Notes under the pieces: model-generated
The model's database searches: none
The model's input: the letters and a program-made list of their open reading frames with translations, nothing else
Told to the model about the DNA's origin: nothing
Source of the DNA: an uncultured Bacteroidota bacterium
Lineage (GTDB): Bacteria; Bacteroidota; Bacteroidia; Flavobacteriales; Flavobacteriaceae
Length of the DNA stretch: 64,000 bases
Direction of reading: 5' to 3'
NCBI GenBank assembly: GCA_902511755.1
Contig: CABXGL010000002.1
Location: 1,973 to 65,972, forward strand
Part shown: in pieces, positions 29,299-38,073 of the stretch
How the letters are laid out: every line of letters begins with the position of its first letter
Numbering within the stretch: the first letter of the stretch is position 1
Position numbers and translations under genes: made by a program

Positions 29299-30537
29299 CT
29301 ATCTAATTCTTTTTACAAAGGTAACATTTGTTACTATAGAATCAAGCTGATGCTTTATGGGCTTCATATAAGTTAAGTATTTATCTTTTAAGTTTTGTGA
29401 GATTGGTTTTGCTTCTGGAAGCTTTGTTTTTAAAGGGTCAACTTGTCTTCCATTTTTCCAAAATCTATAACAGACATGTGGACCAGAAGTATTTCCTGTC
29501 ATTCCAACAGTTCCAATATAATCTCCTTGCCTTACAAATTGGCCTCTTTTAACACCTCTTTTTTTCATATGTAAATATTGAGTAGAATAGGTAGCATTGT
29601 GCTTTATTGTGACATAATTCCCATTTCCTCTTGTATAGCCGGACTTAACAACTGTCCCGCTAGCAGTTGCTCGAATTTTTGTTCCAATAGGAGCAGCAAA
29701 ATCTGTCCCTAAATGAGGGCGAACTCTTCCATAATAGGCAATTTTTCTCTTAAGATTATATCTTGATGAAATTCGGCTAAATTGTACAGGAGCCCTTAGA
29801 AAAGCTCTTCTCAAGTTTTTCCCTTTTTCATCAAAATATTCAAAAATTCCTCGTTTTGGATCTATTTCAAATTCAATAGCATAAAAAGATTTTTTTCTAT
29901 GTTCAAAATAAGCAGAATGAATCCTGTTTAGGCCAACATATATAGAATCATCTACATATTTCCCAGTGTATAGAATTTTAAAATTATCTCCCTTTTCAAG
30001 CCGAAAGAAATCAATAGTCCAAGCATATATTTCAGAAAGTTCATTGGATAGCAAAGGAGATAATTTTTTTTCTTCCATTGTTTCAGAAAGAGAACTTGTT
30101 ATTGTGCCTTCAGCTTCAAATTCTACGAGCTTTACTGCTTTAGCTTTTTTTTCAGCCCAGAGAGAATCATTTAATGAAACCAAAACATATTCAATTAGAT
30201 TTGGTTGATATATAAATAACTCAGGGGTTCTTAAGGAATCTTTGGCAAACAATATCGTGTAAGGCTTCCCAATATTGATTTTTCTAACATCATAAACTTG
30301 TTTTGCCTTTTGAACTATATTATAAATTTGAGGATAAAACAAATTGTTTTTTTCAAGAATAGTTCCAAATGAATCGCCGCTCCTAACAGTATCTTTAAGT
30401 ACATGATAATTATTTAAAGTGAAACCAAATTGTTTTACTATTTTTTCTTTTTTTATAACTGGAGCATTATTTTTTGGAGCTTTATTGCACGCATTAATGA
30501 TTAATATAGAAACGAGAAAGAGATAAATTCTATTCAT
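29299..30537 (-). CDS. M23 family metallopeptidase (HxxxD present, HxH replaced by HxC)
   Basis: 412 aa with a lipoprotein-like signal (IINAC). The motifs are HLGTDFAAPIGT, YLHM and GNTSGPHVCYRF. Confidence 0.85.
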   Translation of the reverse strand: MNRIYLFLVSILIINACNKAPKNNAPVIKKEKIVKQFGFTLNNYHVLKDTVRSGDSFGTILEKNNLFYPQIYNIVQKAKQVYDVRKINIGKPYTILFAKDSLRTPELFIYQPNLIEYVLVSLNDSLWAEKKAKAVKLVEFEAEGTITSSLSETMEEKKLSPLLSNELSEIYAWTIDFFRLEKGDNFKILYTGKYVDDSIYVGLNRIHSAYFEHRKKSFYAIEFEIDPKRGIFEYFDEKGKNLRRAFLRAPVQFSRISSRYNLKRKIAYYGRVRPHLGTDFAAPIGTKIRATASGTVVKSGYTRGNGNYVTIKHNATYSTQYLHMKKRGVKRGQFVRQGDYIGTVGMTGNTSGPHVCYRFWKNGRQVDPLKTKLPEAKPISQNLKDKYLTYMKPIKHQLDSIVTNVTFVKRIR

Positions 30538-31348
30538 TAATTTTAATTTTAAAAGGAAATTTAAGCCCTTTGAACCCCTCTAAATCCGCTTCAATAGACC
30601 CAATTCTTAAATCGGCTTCAATTTTTATTGGAATTTTGTTTTTATCATTACTAACCCAAAGGGATAAACTTTCGCTATCTCTAAAAATTCTACCAGATTC
30701 AATATATGGTCTAAATTTATAACAATTAACTATCCCAAATTTTGTTTTCACATCCTCATATCCTAAAAATTTCATTTTAAAATTATAATTATCAGCATCA
30801 AAAAACATGGTTATTCTAATAAAATCATTGATTTTTAGTTTATTAACATCAAAATGATTTCTTAGAAAGTAAAATGTAGAAATGATATCCTGCACATTCT
30901 CTTTAATAGTAATTTTTTTAATAGTGTCGTATTTAATATCATTTACTATTGCAATTTTATTATTATAGTCGTATTCAATTTCAACATTTTTTGTATAGCC
31001 ACCTTCATAAACATTCCTTTTTGATTTTAAAGGCTTAACAATGGTTTTGTCAAAGTAGCTTTCATAAATATCATCAACTTTAAAGAAAATTCTAGCAATC
31101 CCAGTTGTTCGACCAATAGCCGTTGATTTGAAAACTTTTTTATCATTTATTAAACCTTCTTTTAGATCGATTGTTGCAAAGCTTGCATTAAAAATTCCAT
31201 AATGAATTCTAAACTTTAACCATTCGCCCGCCTTAAAGGAATCAAATGAGGAACTTATGAAGGGAGAATTATTTCCCGGAGAGGTTTGGCTAAAAATTAA
31301 ATTTGAGAGCAAAAAAATAGAGCAAATTAATACAGTTTTAAGTCGCAT
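30530..31348 (-). CDS. DUF3108-like secreted protein
   Basis: 272 aa with a signal peptide and a beta-rich sequence (GEWLKFRIHYG...). It overlaps the M23 gene by 8 nt. The family call is from memory. Confidence 0.45.
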   Translation of the reverse strand: MRLKTVLICSIFLLSNLIFSQTSPGNNSPFISSSFDSFKAGEWLKFRIHYGIFNASFATIDLKEGLINDKKVFKSTAIGRTTGIARIFFKVDDIYESYFDKTIVKPLKSKRNVYEGGYTKNVEIEYDYNNKIAIVNDIKYDTIKKITIKENVQDIISTFYFLRNHFDVNKLKINDFIRITMFFDADNYNFKMKFLGYEDVKTKFGIVNCYKFRPYIESGRIFRDSESLSLWVSNDKNKIPIKIEADLRIGSIEADLEGFKGLKFPFKIKINE

Positions 31349-31368
31349 AGATGCAAAAATATAAAATA

Positions 31369-33231
31369 CTAGTTGGATGAATTTAAAAATGACATTAATT
31401 TTTTTGCTTTTGAAACACCTACATCTTTAGCTATTAAATCTTCTGGGGTTTCTTTAATCTTTTTTAAGGATTTATATTTTTTTAAAAGAGTTATTTTGGT
31501 TTTTTCTCCAATACCAGGAATCAAATCAATTGAAGAACTAAGAGCTTTATTGCTTCTTTTATTTCTATGAAATGTAATAGCAAATCGATGCGCTTCATTT
31601 CTCATATGCTGAATTACTTTTAATGATTCGGACCTTTTGTCTAGATAAAGGGGGATTGAATCTTTTGTAGAATAAATTTCTTCTAATCTTTTGGCAATTC
31701 CTAAAACAGTAATTTTATTATTTATATTAAGTTTTTTTAATGCAGACATTGCAGAATTAAGTTGGCCTTTGCCTCCATCAATTATAACTAGATTAGGCAA
31801 AGACTTTTTTTCTTTTATTATTCTGCGATATCTTCTTAAAACAACTTCTTCCATTGAGGCATAATCATCAGGCCCTTTAACAGTTTTAATATTATATTGT
31901 CTATATTCTTTTTTAGCGGGCTTTCCATTTATAAACACTACACACGCAGCAACAGGGCTTGAGCCCTGAATATTAGAATTATCAAAACATTCTATATGCC
32001 TAGGAGTTGTTTTTAATTTTAAATCATTTTTCATTTGATTTAGAATTCTTTTTGAGTGTCTTTCAGGATCAACAATTTGAATTTTTTTTAGTTTTTCTAT
32101 TTTAAAAAGAGCAACATTCTTTTTTGAAAGTTCAAGAAGTTTCTTATTATCTCCTGCCTTGGGAAGAATAAATTTAGCAGGGACTAATTTGCTAAAATCA
32201 AATGGACAGATAATTATTTTATTATTTGAGTTTAATTTTTTTCTAAGATCAATTATGCATAGCAATAATAGATCTTTATCGCTTTCATCTAACTTTTTTT
32301 TAATTTCTACATTATGAAATCTAACTATTCGACCATGTGCAACTTGTAAATAGTTTATATAAGCATGAGTTTGATCGGAAAGGACACTAAACACATCAAT
32401 ATTATTAAGCCTAGAACTAACAACTGTTGATTTTGATTGATAATTATCTAACAATGTGAGTTTTTCCTTAATCTTTTGAGCATTTTCAAAATCCATTTTT
32501 TGAGAGTAGCTATGCATTTGTTGTTTTAAAAGCTTCTTAGAAGGAGCAAATTTACCTCCAAGGATCTGTTTAACAGATTTAATATTAGAATTATAATCCT
32601 TTTCTGAAATAAAGCATTCATTAGAATTACTATAATCTCCAATCTGAAACCCAAGAATTATAATATTCCCAGCTTTTTTCAAAACACGAAGAGACAGCTT
32701 CTCCTTTTCAGAATTTATTTGTTTTTCTGAAAGATTATAATTGCTAATTCTTATAGGATATAGATTATTAATTAAATCAAGTAATATATTAATCGTCTTG
32801 TAATTTGTATATGGCCCATAATATTCAGAACCATCTTTAATTAATTTTCTAGTAAAAAAAATCCTAGGGAATCGCTCTTTTTTTATACATATCCAAGGGT
32901 AGGTTTTGTCGTCTCTTAGTAATACGTTGTATTTAGGTTGAAATTTTTTAATTAAAGAATTTTCTAGCAGAAGAGCATCAGACTCTGACGATACAACAAC
33001 ATGTTTGATGGAACAAATATTTTTTACAAGGTTTTTAGTTTTTTTTGAGGTTAAGGTTTTCTGAAAATATGAGGAAACACGATTTTTTAAATTTTTAGCT
33101 TTTCCTATATATATTATTTTATTGGAATTATTTAAAAATTGGTAAACCCCAGGAAGATTAGGAATAGTAGTTAACGTTATATCTAAAGATTTTTTACTCA
33201 CAGTACGAAAGTAATTCTTAATTTTAAACAA
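31369..33231 (-). CDS. uvrC: Excinuclease ABC subunit C
   Basis: 620 aa. The GIY-YIG motif is GVYQF...IIYIGKAKNLKNRVSSYF. The protein also has a UvrC endonuclease domain and a C-terminal HhH (IPGIGEKT). Confidence 0.95.
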   Translation of the reverse strand: MFKIKNYFRTVSKKSLDITLTTIPNLPGVYQFLNNSNKIIYIGKAKNLKNRVSSYFQKTLTSKKTKNLVKNICSIKHVVVSSESDALLLENSLIKKFQPKYNVLLRDDKTYPWICIKKERFPRIFFTRKLIKDGSEYYGPYTNYKTINILLDLINNLYPIRISNYNLSEKQINSEKEKLSLRVLKKAGNIIILGFQIGDYSNSNECFISEKDYNSNIKSVKQILGGKFAPSKKLLKQQMHSYSQKMDFENAQKIKEKLTLLDNYQSKSTVVSSRLNNIDVFSVLSDQTHAYINYLQVAHGRIVRFHNVEIKKKLDESDKDLLLLCIIDLRKKLNSNNKIIICPFDFSKLVPAKFILPKAGDNKKLLELSKKNVALFKIEKLKKIQIVDPERHSKRILNQMKNDLKLKTTPRHIECFDNSNIQGSSPVAACVVFINGKPAKKEYRQYNIKTVKGPDDYASMEEVVLRRYRRIIKEKKSLPNLVIIDGGKGQLNSAMSALKKLNINNKITVLGIAKRLEEIYSTKDSIPLYLDKRSESLKVIQHMRNEAHRFAITFHRNKRSNKALSSSIDLIPGIGEKTKITLLKKYKSLKKIKETPEDLIAKDVGVSKAKKLMSFLNSSN

Positions 33232-33249
33232 AGAAAATTAAAACTATAA

Positions 33250-33576
33250 GTGGAAATTGGAACAGCCTTAGCATTAATTTTTACAGATCTATGCTTCATT
33301 TTTATTGCTTTTGGCATAAATGAAAATAATGCAAAATACTTGCTTTCAGGATATAATACTATGTCAAAAGAAGAAAAAGAGTCCTTTGATCTTATAAATT
33401 ATTTGAAATTTTTTAAAAAGTTTTTTATAAACCTAACCATCTACTCAACATTGTTTTTTGCAATATTTTATATTGCTTTTGATGAAATAATAGCGCTTAT
33501 TGCATATTGTGTTCCAATAATTGTCTCGACACCATATATGATATATAAAGGGAACAAGTTTAAAATCAATAAATAG
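33250..33576 (+). CDS. Small membrane protein, DUF3784-like
   Basis: 108 aa with a GTG start and three or four TM segments. The motif LSGYNTMSKEEKESFD resembles the DUF3784 signature as I remember it. Confidence 0.45.
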   Translation: MEIGTALALIFTDLCFIFIAFGINENNAKYLLSGYNTMSKEEKESFDLINYLKFFKKFFINLTIYSTLFFAIFYIAFDEIIALIAYCVPIIVSTPYMIYKGNKFKINK

Positions 33577-33578
33577 CC

Positions 33579-34202
33579 TTAAGGGAAAATCTTTTTGTTA
33601 AAAACTATCATTATTCCAACACCTATACTAATTGCAGTATCAGCAATATTAAATACAGGTTCAAAAAAAGTAAAGCTTTCTCCTCCAACATAAGGGATCC
33701 AACTAGGCCAATCCCAGGTAAACATTGGAAACTGAAGCATATCAACTACATGACCATAAAAAATGGATTCATAACCATTTCCTGGACTAAAAATGGCTAC
33801 ATTGAGATAGCTGTCAGTGAAAAGAAATCCATAAAAAACAGAATCAATAAGATTCCCGATTGCACCAGCAAGAACTAAAGAAATACTAATTGTTAAAAGC
33901 ATGGTTTCTTTCTTTTTTATACTGTCATAAAGCCAATAAAATATTAAGGGGACGGCAAAAATTCTAAATAGAGTTAAAAGTAATTTACCAGATCTTTCAC
34001 TTATAATAGGAATAAAGTCACTGATTTTAGCACCCCAGGCCATCCCTTTGTTTTCAACAAAAAGTATTTTAAACCAGCCCCAATCAAGAAGAGAGGCATC
34101 TCCATAAAGAGTTAAAGGGAAATGAAGTTTTATATAAACTTTAGATAATTGATCTATTATTAAAATAAAAAGAATTATTAAAATAGATTTATTTAAAGTC
34201 AT
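33579..34202 (-). CDS. lspA: Lipoprotein signal peptidase (signal peptidase II)
   Basis: 207 aa with NKGMAWG and FNIADTAISIG. Confidence 0.92.
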   Translation of the reverse strand: MTLNKSILIILFILIIDQLSKVYIKLHFPLTLYGDASLLDWGWFKILFVENKGMAWGAKISDFIPIISERSGKLLLTLFRIFAVPLIFYWLYDSIKKKETMLLTISISLVLAGAIGNLIDSVFYGFLFTDSYLNVAIFSPGNGYESIFYGHVVDMLQFPMFTWDWPSWIPYVGGESFTFFEPVFNIADTAISIGVGIMIVFNKKIFP

Positions 34203-34240
34203 ATTAAACGCATGATTAATAAAGAAAATTTCCCTAAGGG

Positions 34241-34615
34241 TTATGAGGCTTTATTTTTAGCTTCAATACTTAATGTAGCGTGAGGAACCAATACTAACCT
34301 TTTTTTATTGATTAATTTGCCAGTTTCTCTACAAACCCCATAGGTTTTGTTTTCAATTCTTATTAGAGCAGCATTTAAATCTCGAATAAACTTTTCTTGT
34401 CGAATAGCAAGCTGAGTATTTGCTTCCTTTGACATAGTTTGTGACCCCTCCTCAAAGGCTTTGAATGTAGGAGATGTGTCTTCAGTCCCATTATTCCCAT
34501 CATTCATATAAGCACTCTTTATTAGGGCTAAATCTTTTTGCGCTTTCTCAATTTTTTCTTCGATTAAATTTTGAAATTTTTTTAAATCTCTATCGGAATA
34601 TCGTGTAATGGCCAT
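34241..34615 (-). CDS. DksA/TraR-family regulator lacking the C4 zinc finger
   Basis: 124 aa. A coiled-coil N-terminal part is followed by YGVCRETGKLINKKRLVLVPHATLSIEAK. Only one of the four canonical Cys residues is present. Confidence 0.8.
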   Translation of the reverse strand: MAITRYSDRDLKKFQNLIEEKIEKAQKDLALIKSAYMNDGNNGTEDTSPTFKAFEEGSQTMSKEANTQLAIRQEKFIRDLNAALIRIENKTYGVCRETGKLINKKRLVLVPHATLSIEAKNKAS

Positions 34616-34617
34616 TG

Positions 34618-37600
34618 TTAATTATTTTTATGTATACTTAATTTAGTATTTATATTATCAAATTTAATTTCAATTCCTTGATCAATAGATTCTACAAATA
34701 TTAAATCATCTGCTAAAGTTTCATTTACTATATAGTCTCTATTTTCAAAAATAGCTTTTTCAATGATATTATCCTTCTGAATTTTTAAAATAATTTTATC
34801 TGTTACTAATAAGCCAATTTCTTTTCTATGATTTTGAATTCTGTTTACTAGCTCCCGAGCTATTCCTTCATTTATTAACTCTTTGTTTAGAGTAACGTCT
34901 AATGCAACTGTTAGCTTGTCCTCTGAGGCAACTAACCACCCTTCAATATCTTCAGAAACTACATCAAAATCTAATGCCTCCAGAGCAATTCGTTTAGAAT
35001 TAATATTTAAGTGAATTTGTTCGCCGTTTTCTATTGTACTGATTTCTTTCTCCCCAAACTTTTTGATTTGTATTAGAGCTTCAGATAATAAGTTTCCTAA
35101 TTTAGGCCCTAAGCTCTTAAAATTAGGTTTCACTTTTTTAACTAATATTCCCGAAGAAGAACCTATAAGGTCAATTTCTTTAACATTTACTTCTGATTTA
35201 ATTAAATCAGAAATTTCTTCAAACTCTAATTTTTCGGCTGAAGAAGAAAAAGGGATCATTACTTTTGAAAGAGGCTGACGCACCTTAATTTTTTCTTTTT
35301 TCCTTAGAGATAAAATTAAGGAACATATTGTTTGTGCTTTTCTTATTTTATTTTGTAAGTCAGGATCTATGAATTCACTTTTTGAATTAGGAAAATTCGC
35401 ATGATGAACTGAATCAAATGAATTAAAATTAGTATTTGAAATCAAATCAGAATATAACCGATCCATAAAAAATGGAGCAATTGGGGAAGATATTTTAGCT
35501 AACTCTATTAAACATGTAAATAAAGTTTGGTAGGCACAAATTTTATCTTTTTCATAAGACCCTTTCCAAAACCTTCTTCTAGAAAGTCTAACATACCAAT
35601 TGCTGAGATATAATTGTGTAAATTTTGAAATTGATCTTGCTGCTTTAGTTGGCTCGTAATGACAATAATAATTATCAACTTCAACAATTAAAGAATTTAG
35701 TTCGGAAATTATCCATCTATCCAATTCAGGCTTTTCAGAATTATGAATCTCTTTTTCACTAAACTTAAAATTATCTATGTTAGAATAAAGAGAGAAAAAA
35801 GAATAAATATTGTATAGTGTACCAAAAAATTTGCGCTTACTTTCTTCAATTCCGTCAAGATCAAATTTTAGATTATCCCAGGGATTAGCATTGCTTATCA
35901 TATACCATCTTGTGGCATCTGGGCCAAATTCTTCTATAGTCTTAAATGGGTCTACTGCATTCCCTAGTCGTTTGGACATTTTTTGACCATTTTTATCTAA
36001 AACAAGACCGTTTGAGATTACATTTTTATAGGAAATTGACTCAAAAACGAGTGAACTAATAGCGTGTAAGGTATAAAACCAGCCTCTAGTTTGGTCTACT
36101 CCTTCAGCAATGTAATCAGCAGGAAAGGCGATATTGTCATCGATCATTTCTCTGTTTTCAAATGGATAATGCCATTGTGCATATGGCATAGCCCCTGAGT
36201 CAAACCAAACATCAATTAAATCAGGTTCACGATACATTCGTTTTTTATTTTTTGAGGATAGAATTATCTCATCTACAATATTTTTATGAAGATCAATTTT
36301 CTCATAATTTAGATCACTCATATCGTTAATCTGAAAAGAATCAAATGGGTCCGCTTCCATAAAGCCCAGTTTTATAGACTTGGCAATTTCTCTTTTTAAT
36401 TCTTCAATAGATCCAATAATTATAGTGTCTTTTGAATCCTTGGTTCTCCAAATTGGAAGAGGAATACCCCAAAATCTTGATCTTGAAAGATTCCAATCAT
36501 TGGCATTAGAAAGCCAATTGCCAAATCTCCCCTCTCCAGTAGATTTAGGCTTCCAATTAATAGATTGGTTTAGTTTAGTTAATAGACTTTTCTTTTCCGT
36601 TACTTTAATAAACCAAGAATCTAATGGGTAATATAATATTGGTTTATCAGTTCTCCAACAGTTGGGGTAAGTGTGAACGTGTTTTTCTACTTTAAATGCT
36701 TTATTTTCTTCCTTTAGTTTTATAGCAATTTCAACATCTACAGATCTTTCAGGAATTTTTTCTTTATTGCTGTAGTACTCATTTTTAACATATTTTCCTC
36801 CTAGACTTCCTAGTTCAGTTCGAAATTTTCCCTGTAAATCAACTAAAGGGACTAACTGCTGATTCTCATCATATATTAACATGGGAGGAACTTCAGGATT
36901 AGCCTCTTTAGCGGCTTTTGCATCGTCTGCTCCAAATGTTGGCGCCGTATGAACAATACCTGTACCCTCCTCTGTAGTTACAAAATCGCCTGCAATAACC
37001 CTGAAAGCATTTTCAGGATTTTCATAAGGGAGCGGAGCTTCATCCCATAGTTGTTCATATTTAATTCCAATTAATTCACTGCCTTTAAATGTCTGTTTAA
37101 AAAAATAAGGGATTTTATTTTTAGAATTTAATTTAAGCTTTGATTCGTTTTCAACTTGAATAAATGGACCTAAAAAAACCTTTAACACCAAATCTTCAGC
37201 TAAAATTACATGAATTGGTTTTTTGGTGTATTGATTAAAAGTAGAAACAAGCACATATTTAACATTATTTCCTACAGTTAGAGCGGTATTAGAAGGCAAG
37301 GTCCATGGAGTAGTAGTCCATGCCAAAAAATAAACGTCATCAAGTTTTTTTATTGAATTTGGCAAAGTGTTATTAATAGCTTTAAATTGAGCTGTTACAG
37401 TAGTATCTGTCACGTTCTGATATGTCCCAGGCTGATTTAATTCGTGGGAACTTAATCCGGTTCCTGCTTTAGGTGAATATGGTTGGATAGTATAACCTTT
37501 ATATATTAAACCTTTATCAAAAAGGTTTTTTAATAGCCACCAAACGGACTCGATATATTTTGACTTATATGTGATATAGGGGTTTTCCATATCAACCCAA

Positions 37601-38019
37601 TAACCCATTTTTTTTGTTAAATTATTCCAGATATCAGTATAACGCATTACAGCTTTTTTACAAGCGTTATTATATTCCTCAATAGTTATAGATTTTCCAA
37701 TATCTTCTTTAGTAATTCCCAGTTCTTTTTCAACACTTAATTCAATTGGAAGGCCATGTGTGTCCCAGCCTGCTTTTCTGGTTACCTCAAAGCCTTTTAA
37801 TGTTTTATATCGACAGAAAATATCTTTTATAGTTCTAGCCATGACATGATGAATTCCAGGCATGCCATTTGCAGAAGGAGGGCCTTCATAAAAAATATAT
37901 TTTGGACACCCTTCTCTAAGAGCTATACTTTTTTCAAAAGATTGATTAGAATCCCAATCTTTTAAAATTTCTTTCGCAATTTGCGAAAGATTTAAACTTT
38001 TATATTCTTTAAAAGGCAT
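34618..38019 (-). CDS. ileS: Isoleucine--tRNA ligase (long, type 2-like form)
   Basis: 1133 aa with the HIGH region PSANGMPGIHHV and the KMSKS region KMSKRLGN. Confidence 0.97.
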   Translation of the reverse strand: MPFKEYKSLNLSQIAKEILKDWDSNQSFEKSIALREGCPKYIFYEGPPSANGMPGIHHVMARTIKDIFCRYKTLKGFEVTRKAGWDTHGLPIELSVEKELGITKEDIGKSITIEEYNNACKKAVMRYTDIWNNLTKKMGYWVDMENPYITYKSKYIESVWWLLKNLFDKGLIYKGYTIQPYSPKAGTGLSSHELNQPGTYQNVTDTTVTAQFKAINNTLPNSIKKLDDVYFLAWTTTPWTLPSNTALTVGNNVKYVLVSTFNQYTKKPIHVILAEDLVLKVFLGPFIQVENESKLKLNSKNKIPYFFKQTFKGSELIGIKYEQLWDEAPLPYENPENAFRVIAGDFVTTEEGTGIVHTAPTFGADDAKAAKEANPEVPPMLIYDENQQLVPLVDLQGKFRTELGSLGGKYVKNEYYSNKEKIPERSVDVEIAIKLKEENKAFKVEKHVHTYPNCWRTDKPILYYPLDSWFIKVTEKKSLLTKLNQSINWKPKSTGEGRFGNWLSNANDWNLSRSRFWGIPLPIWRTKDSKDTIIIGSIEELKREIAKSIKLGFMEADPFDSFQINDMSDLNYEKIDLHKNIVDEIILSSKNKKRMYREPDLIDVWFDSGAMPYAQWHYPFENREMIDDNIAFPADYIAEGVDQTRGWFYTLHAISSLVFESISYKNVISNGLVLDKNGQKMSKRLGNAVDPFKTIEEFGPDATRWYMISNANPWDNLKFDLDGIEESKRKFFGTLYNIYSFFSLYSNIDNFKFSEKEIHNSEKPELDRWIISELNSLIVEVDNYYCHYEPTKAARSISKFTQLYLSNWYVRLSRRRFWKGSYEKDKICAYQTLFTCLIELAKISSPIAPFFMDRLYSDLISNTNFNSFDSVHHANFPNSKSEFIDPDLQNKIRKAQTICSLILSLRKKEKIKVRQPLSKVMIPFSSSAEKLEFEEISDLIKSEVNVKEIDLIGSSSGILVKKVKPNFKSLGPKLGNLLSEALIQIKKFGEKEISTIENGEQIHLNINSKRIALEALDFDVVSEDIEGWLVASEDKLTVALDVTLNKELINEGIARELVNRIQNHRKEIGLLVTDKIILKIQKDNIIEKAIFENRDYIVNETLADDLIFVESIDQGIEIKFDNINTKLSIHKNN

Positions 38020-38073
38020 TTATTTAAATGAAATTTTGATAGAAACGAAAGTAACCATTTTAGATGAAATTTT

